Source: Eledone cirrhosa (taxonomy: Eukaryota). Taken from it: DNA of 64,000 bases. Made by a program: the position numbers and the translations under genes. The stretch's first letter is position 1; each line of letters opens with the position of its first letter. Of the stretch, positions 38,121 to 64,000 are shown piece after piece. The stretch is taken from NCBI GenBank assembly GCA_964016885.1, contig OZ024750.1:2604001-2668000 (forward strand), in the 5' to 3' direction. Under the pieces are notes generated by a model. It did no database searches. It saw only the letters and a list, made by a program, of their open reading frames with translations, and was not told the DNA's origin.

Positions 38121-38598
38121 GTACAGAAAGGTGATTAATGGTTTGGCTGTTTTAGTCATGAAAGTGAAGAATTACTACTGAAATTATAAACATTATTAAC
38201 ATATCAAATATAAAAGGATTTTCTATTTCAAAAGTTGTTGTTTTTTTAAACTAGACTGTTGTTTATAAAATATATGAAAGGGAACGTTTTGGAAATCATC
38301 ATCATCATTTAACATCCGTCTTCCATGCTAGCATGGGTTGGACGGGTATGTGTATATATGTGTTATACAATAGTAGTATATGGAATAAAGTGTTATATTT
38401 ATTACTAACATATTAATTATTTAAACTTGAATCATTGAATTTCCAATTTTTCTTTTAAACAAGGCATATAAATTAATGTTGAAATGTAACCCTAAACTAA
38501 AAAGAAAGATTACATTGGAACCAGTAGCTCGAGAATGTTGTGTAGGTGCAAAGGAAAAAGACGTAATAAAAAATATATATTAATGATGTAAAATCAAT

Positions 38599-60133
<21,535 letters not shown>

Positions 60134-60530
60134 CTATATCAAAAGGAAATTTCATTAAAGTAAAATTAATTTTAATATATAAAATTGTATAAGATAACTG
60201 AATCTGTTGTAGCTAGTCATTTTATGATATTTAGAGTGATAAAAGTCAACAAGGAAGAAAAGTACAATACAGTGATGTATTCTCTCATGTCCTTCCTTGT
60301 GGACTCTTCTCATACTTAATTTGTTGGATCTTTATTGAGTGATGTCCTATTTCTAGAGATTGGGTCACATCTACAAAGAAATGACCCAAGTATCAATTAT
60401 AAAATATATTGTCAGTTTGTCACTGTTTTTAATTTTCTTTTTTTTTCTTTTTCTTAAAATCTCAAGTTCTGAAAGGATTTTATTATAAAAAGGAACCTAA
60501 ATCAGCAAGTTTGGAAACAAAACGGTAAAA

Positions 60531-62845
60531 ATGTCAAAAGGTTATGATACGTCAAAAGCATATGATGCTTCAAAACAGTACGCCTCAAAATCACAGGACT
60601 GGTCAGTAGGTTCTGGAATGGTGTTGCAGCCAGCACAGGGTGTAGCAGTGACTCTCCCAGGAGTCATGTATGGTAGCGGTTCTCAACAAGGTATCAGTGT
60701 TAATACTGGTTACCCTTATGGTCAGCAAAGCATGTTTGTTAATCAGACTCCAGGTATGTATTATTTTTTAAGCTATGAAATGTTTTCTTTGAATAATCTT
60801 TGGAGAAATTTTGAGCAAATCAAATAGCATTTAATGGCTTATAAACATTTGTTTTAACAAATTTTCAGAATTTTTTTTATTTTTTTTTTAAGAAAAAAAA
60901 AAATCAAGCAATTACATATTCAATCCTGGTCCTTTTTTTAAAATCTTCTGATTACATGTGACCCCCCCCCCCATTTTTTTAAAGACATTAAAATGAATTG
61001 AGGTTACATAAAAATAATGAACAAGCTTATCTTGTTTTCAATTTTAAAATTATTTTACTTCAATAATTAATAACTAAATCCTCACAAACATTTTTGAATT
61101 AATTTTTTAAAATTTATAAGTAAAATTTCTTACATAAAATTCTGATGGGTGGTTTAAATTTATATATGAATAATTTATAACAAAGAGCTTTGTATCATAA
61201 AATCAGCAGTGGAATTCCATTTTCAGTATGTTAATTTTTTTTATATAGTTCTAAAAAGGTAAATAATGTATTACTTTTCAGAAATTTACAGTAATAGAAT
61301 CATGGAAGAGTGAATGTTGAAAAAGGAGATTTGGATTTTAAAGGGATTTCATGTTAGATTATGAGTTATGAAAAACAGGCTGTAATTGTGATAAGAATTT
61401 GTTACTATAACCATAAGCAACTAATTAAGGGGTGACATTCTATAGTTTATCAGGAACCATACATAGAATAATTACGAAATAATTAACTAGTTCAGATGTT
61501 TAAATCTCTCTTAATTTTTTACTTCAGAGTTTTGAATAAAAATCATTTGAGAAAGTTAACATAGGACTATATATGAAATATTGTTTCACTAAAACAACAA
61601 ACATCTGAAAGTTAGGTTTAAAGAAGTAAACTTGTAAGAAATGCTAATAAAACCTCTCAAAAAAAGAGGTGAGCTTCTCCAAGTAGCAATGTTTTCTTTC
61701 ATTGTTTATCATGGATGTGTTTTGCAGTGTATATTGTGCTTTATCACTTTCCACACAGATGAGATATCGCACACACATACCAGATAAGTATCTTTCTTTT
61801 TCTAATGTTTTGCTTATCTTCTGCAGTTTTATACTTTTTCCATGGAAAAAGTATAAAACTACAAAGTATAAAATATAAAATACAAAAGTATATAATACTC
61901 CTACAAATTCACATGGTTCACAAATTGAATTAACCGTACATGAAAAATTATAGTGGAATATTTTTGCAACAGAAGATCAATGAAAAGTGCACAATGTGTG
62001 TATACTACACAAAGTTCCCAGACATACAAAATAGCTATTTGTGTGTATTGATAACATTTCAGGTGTTTTTCAACTTTCATCAAAGGAGGTTCATATTGGA
62101 AATTTATACATTAGAAACAAGTTTTAAACCAACAGTATATCTGGGTTAAACTTGTACCACTCCTTATTTATGGTTCACTCCTGTTAGATGTAAATCAATT
62201 TAGAATTATACATTGCATATACATTTTATCTAAAATATAAAAATTAATTATACATAAATTATTGTTTAGTTTTAATAAATAAATCAATTCTTTCTTGTCA
62301 CACTTTCGAACATAATTTGAGAAAATTAATATCTGAATCTAATTTTCCATGCAATATTCTCTATTTATCCCAAATTCTCATGTATTTAGAGAATATTAGG
62401 TGGACTGCAATGTTAAAACTTAAACTTTTATTTACAGACACTGGAGTATAAAACTCTATTTCTTATTGTAGGTATGATGTCTGTTGGACTTCAGAATTCT
62501 ACCTATCCAAACCTCATGCAAATGAGTTCTGCACCATTGCCCCAGTATCAGATGTATGGAGCTGCTGCTGTACAACAGATGCAAGCAATGAATATGTCAG
62601 GAGCAAGCTACAGCCAAGTGCCCTACTCACAGCAACACAAATATTTAGATAAAGATCTAAAGTACTCAGATGTTTATATGATGTCAGCAGCAAATTCTTC
62701 TAACATGCCTATGGTTGGAAATCCGATGACATGCATGCAAGTGAAGAACAACCCCAGTGCTCCAATGTACACCTACAACAGCCAGGGTATGCCTGTTGCT
62801 TATTCATCAGCCAGTAAGAACAACATGTCAGGCTCTCGTAAGTAA
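60531..62845 (+). CDS. Uncharacterised low-complexity Met/Tyr/Ser/Gln-rich protein, 198 aa, 2 coding exons, antisense within an ACTR5 intron
   Basis: Exons 60531-60753 (CAG|gtatgt) and 62472-62845 (tattgtag|GT); phase 1 join, 597 nt. An in-frame TAA lies upstream at 60498-60500. A strong polypyrimidine acceptor at ~60466 implies an upstream non-coding exon. Both exons share the same biased composition at the protein level without a DNA microsatellite. Confidence 0.82.
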
Positions 62846-63329
62846 AGGCATACTCAGATGGAAATAAACTCCGCCTATAATTCAGTCTCATTGGAAAATT
62901 TACAAATCCAATTCATATTTCATTAATGTTTGTAATGGGTTTTCCGTGACAATTTTTTTAAACAAAAGTCTATGTTGATTAATTTCATTGTCTTTCGAGT
63001 ATATTTACATATTAAGTAGATTTCAATCCAGACACATTTCAGTTTGTTTATTTGCTTTACCAAAGAACCCTATCTTTAAAAGAAAACAAGTGACAAAACT
63101 ACAGTTTTTGTATTAACTTAGTTGATTAAATATTGTTTTTAAAATTCTTTGCCATTTCTTTTCTTTTTTAGTATACATATATGTGTGCATGTATCTACGA
63201 ACAGGAAGAAGCAAAGTCACTATAATTTTAGAATTTAGGATCTTTCTATGTATCATTTTGATAAATGAGACTTAACCACATCTACTTATGGCATTTGTTC
63301 TCTAAGTAATTTATTTTATTAGCTTGTCA

Positions 63330-63560
63330 GAAAGGCAGTGTTAATGAAATTTCCAAGTCAGCGTGGAAGGTATGATTGGATAAAGTGTTTAGTACATTTG
63401 TATGGGTGGGTGCTGGATCATGGTAGCATGCAGTTTGCTACTTCAGAGAATAAACTGCATCTGGATCATATTGTGATATTGAGGAATGAACTTTTGTCAA
63501 TTAAGAATATATATTTTCACGTTGTCTTTGATGTTTGAATATGTAGCAGTACTCTTGAGT
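63330..63560 (-). mobile_element. Possible degenerate Penelope-like RT fragment
   Basis: Minus strand reads DKSSFLNITI...P*SSTHPYKCTKHFIQS, similar to the FLD(I/V)...SxHP..K segment of PLE reverse transcriptases; heavily decayed. Confidence 0.4.
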
Positions 63561-64000
63561 TTTAGCAATTGATTGGAAGAGCCTAGTTTATATATGTAGT
63601 CGCTTAGTCTTTGTAACTTTTGAGGGTTTTACTTGTATTGTTAAGGCATAGAGTTGTCAGGGCTTTTTTTGAAATGTGTAGAGGTTATCTCTTGTGTTAA
63701 GGTTGCATGTGATAGATTAAGGAGGGAGAGTGTAGAAGGCAACTAAATTTCAGGTACACAAGAGGGAGCCCACATTGCAATACAAACGATGAGAGACGGG
63801 TTTGATTCTCATGCTGACATCAAGAGTAACCTGGCTTTTGTCAGAATATTCAAAAGTCTCAAATTTTACCATGGGAACTATTACTGAGAAAGAGATGAGA
63901 TTGTCTACAGCTGCCTCCGTTATTAAACTATAACAATTTTGTGATAAGTCAGTAGATTCAGTTAGTCTTTGTGAGAACGAGGTACACTATAGATATTTGT

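Noticed and set aside
61901-62083. Minus ORF with DLLLQKYS as a possible upstream ACTR5 exon
   Set aside because: The surrounding residues do not match the Arp5 RINLGG...LQRLLQLKYP segment, and there are no suitable splice sites.
60531-62845. Reflectin or suckerin assignment for the M/Y-rich protein
   Set aside because: It lacks the reflectin MD-X5-MD repeats and Arg/Trp richness, and lacks the suckerin GGY/ATH modules and a signal peptide.

Overview
This is AT-rich animal genomic DNA, most likely from an octopod cephalopod; that assignment is inferred from the tRNA-derived SINEs, RTE LINE tails and (TA)n/(CAT)n load. Most ORF-track entries are microsatellite artefacts. I reconstructed four spliced protein-coding genes by hand from GT-AG sites and phase. 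They are: DNTTIP2/Fcf2 (-, 6 exons, 300 aa); a FAM166B/CIMIP2-family ciliary microtubule-inner protein (+, 6 exons, ~297 aa); the 3' 13 exons of ACTR5/Arp5 (-, 5' exons not found in the window); and an unrecognised 198-aa Met/Tyr/Ser/Gln-rich gene (+). This last gene lies antisense inside ACTR5 and probably interleaves with it, since one ACTR5 exon (60017-60133) sits in its putative first intron. The left 25 kb has no recognisable coding exon. It is full of SINEs, piggyBac- and Tc/mariner-type MITEs, RTE ends and satellites. It also holds several sequence-divergent fold-back elements embedded in (TA)n, which share a TTGAGT(A/G)C core and in some copies hammerhead-like boxes (Penelope-like architecture). 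All calls are by eye, without database searches.
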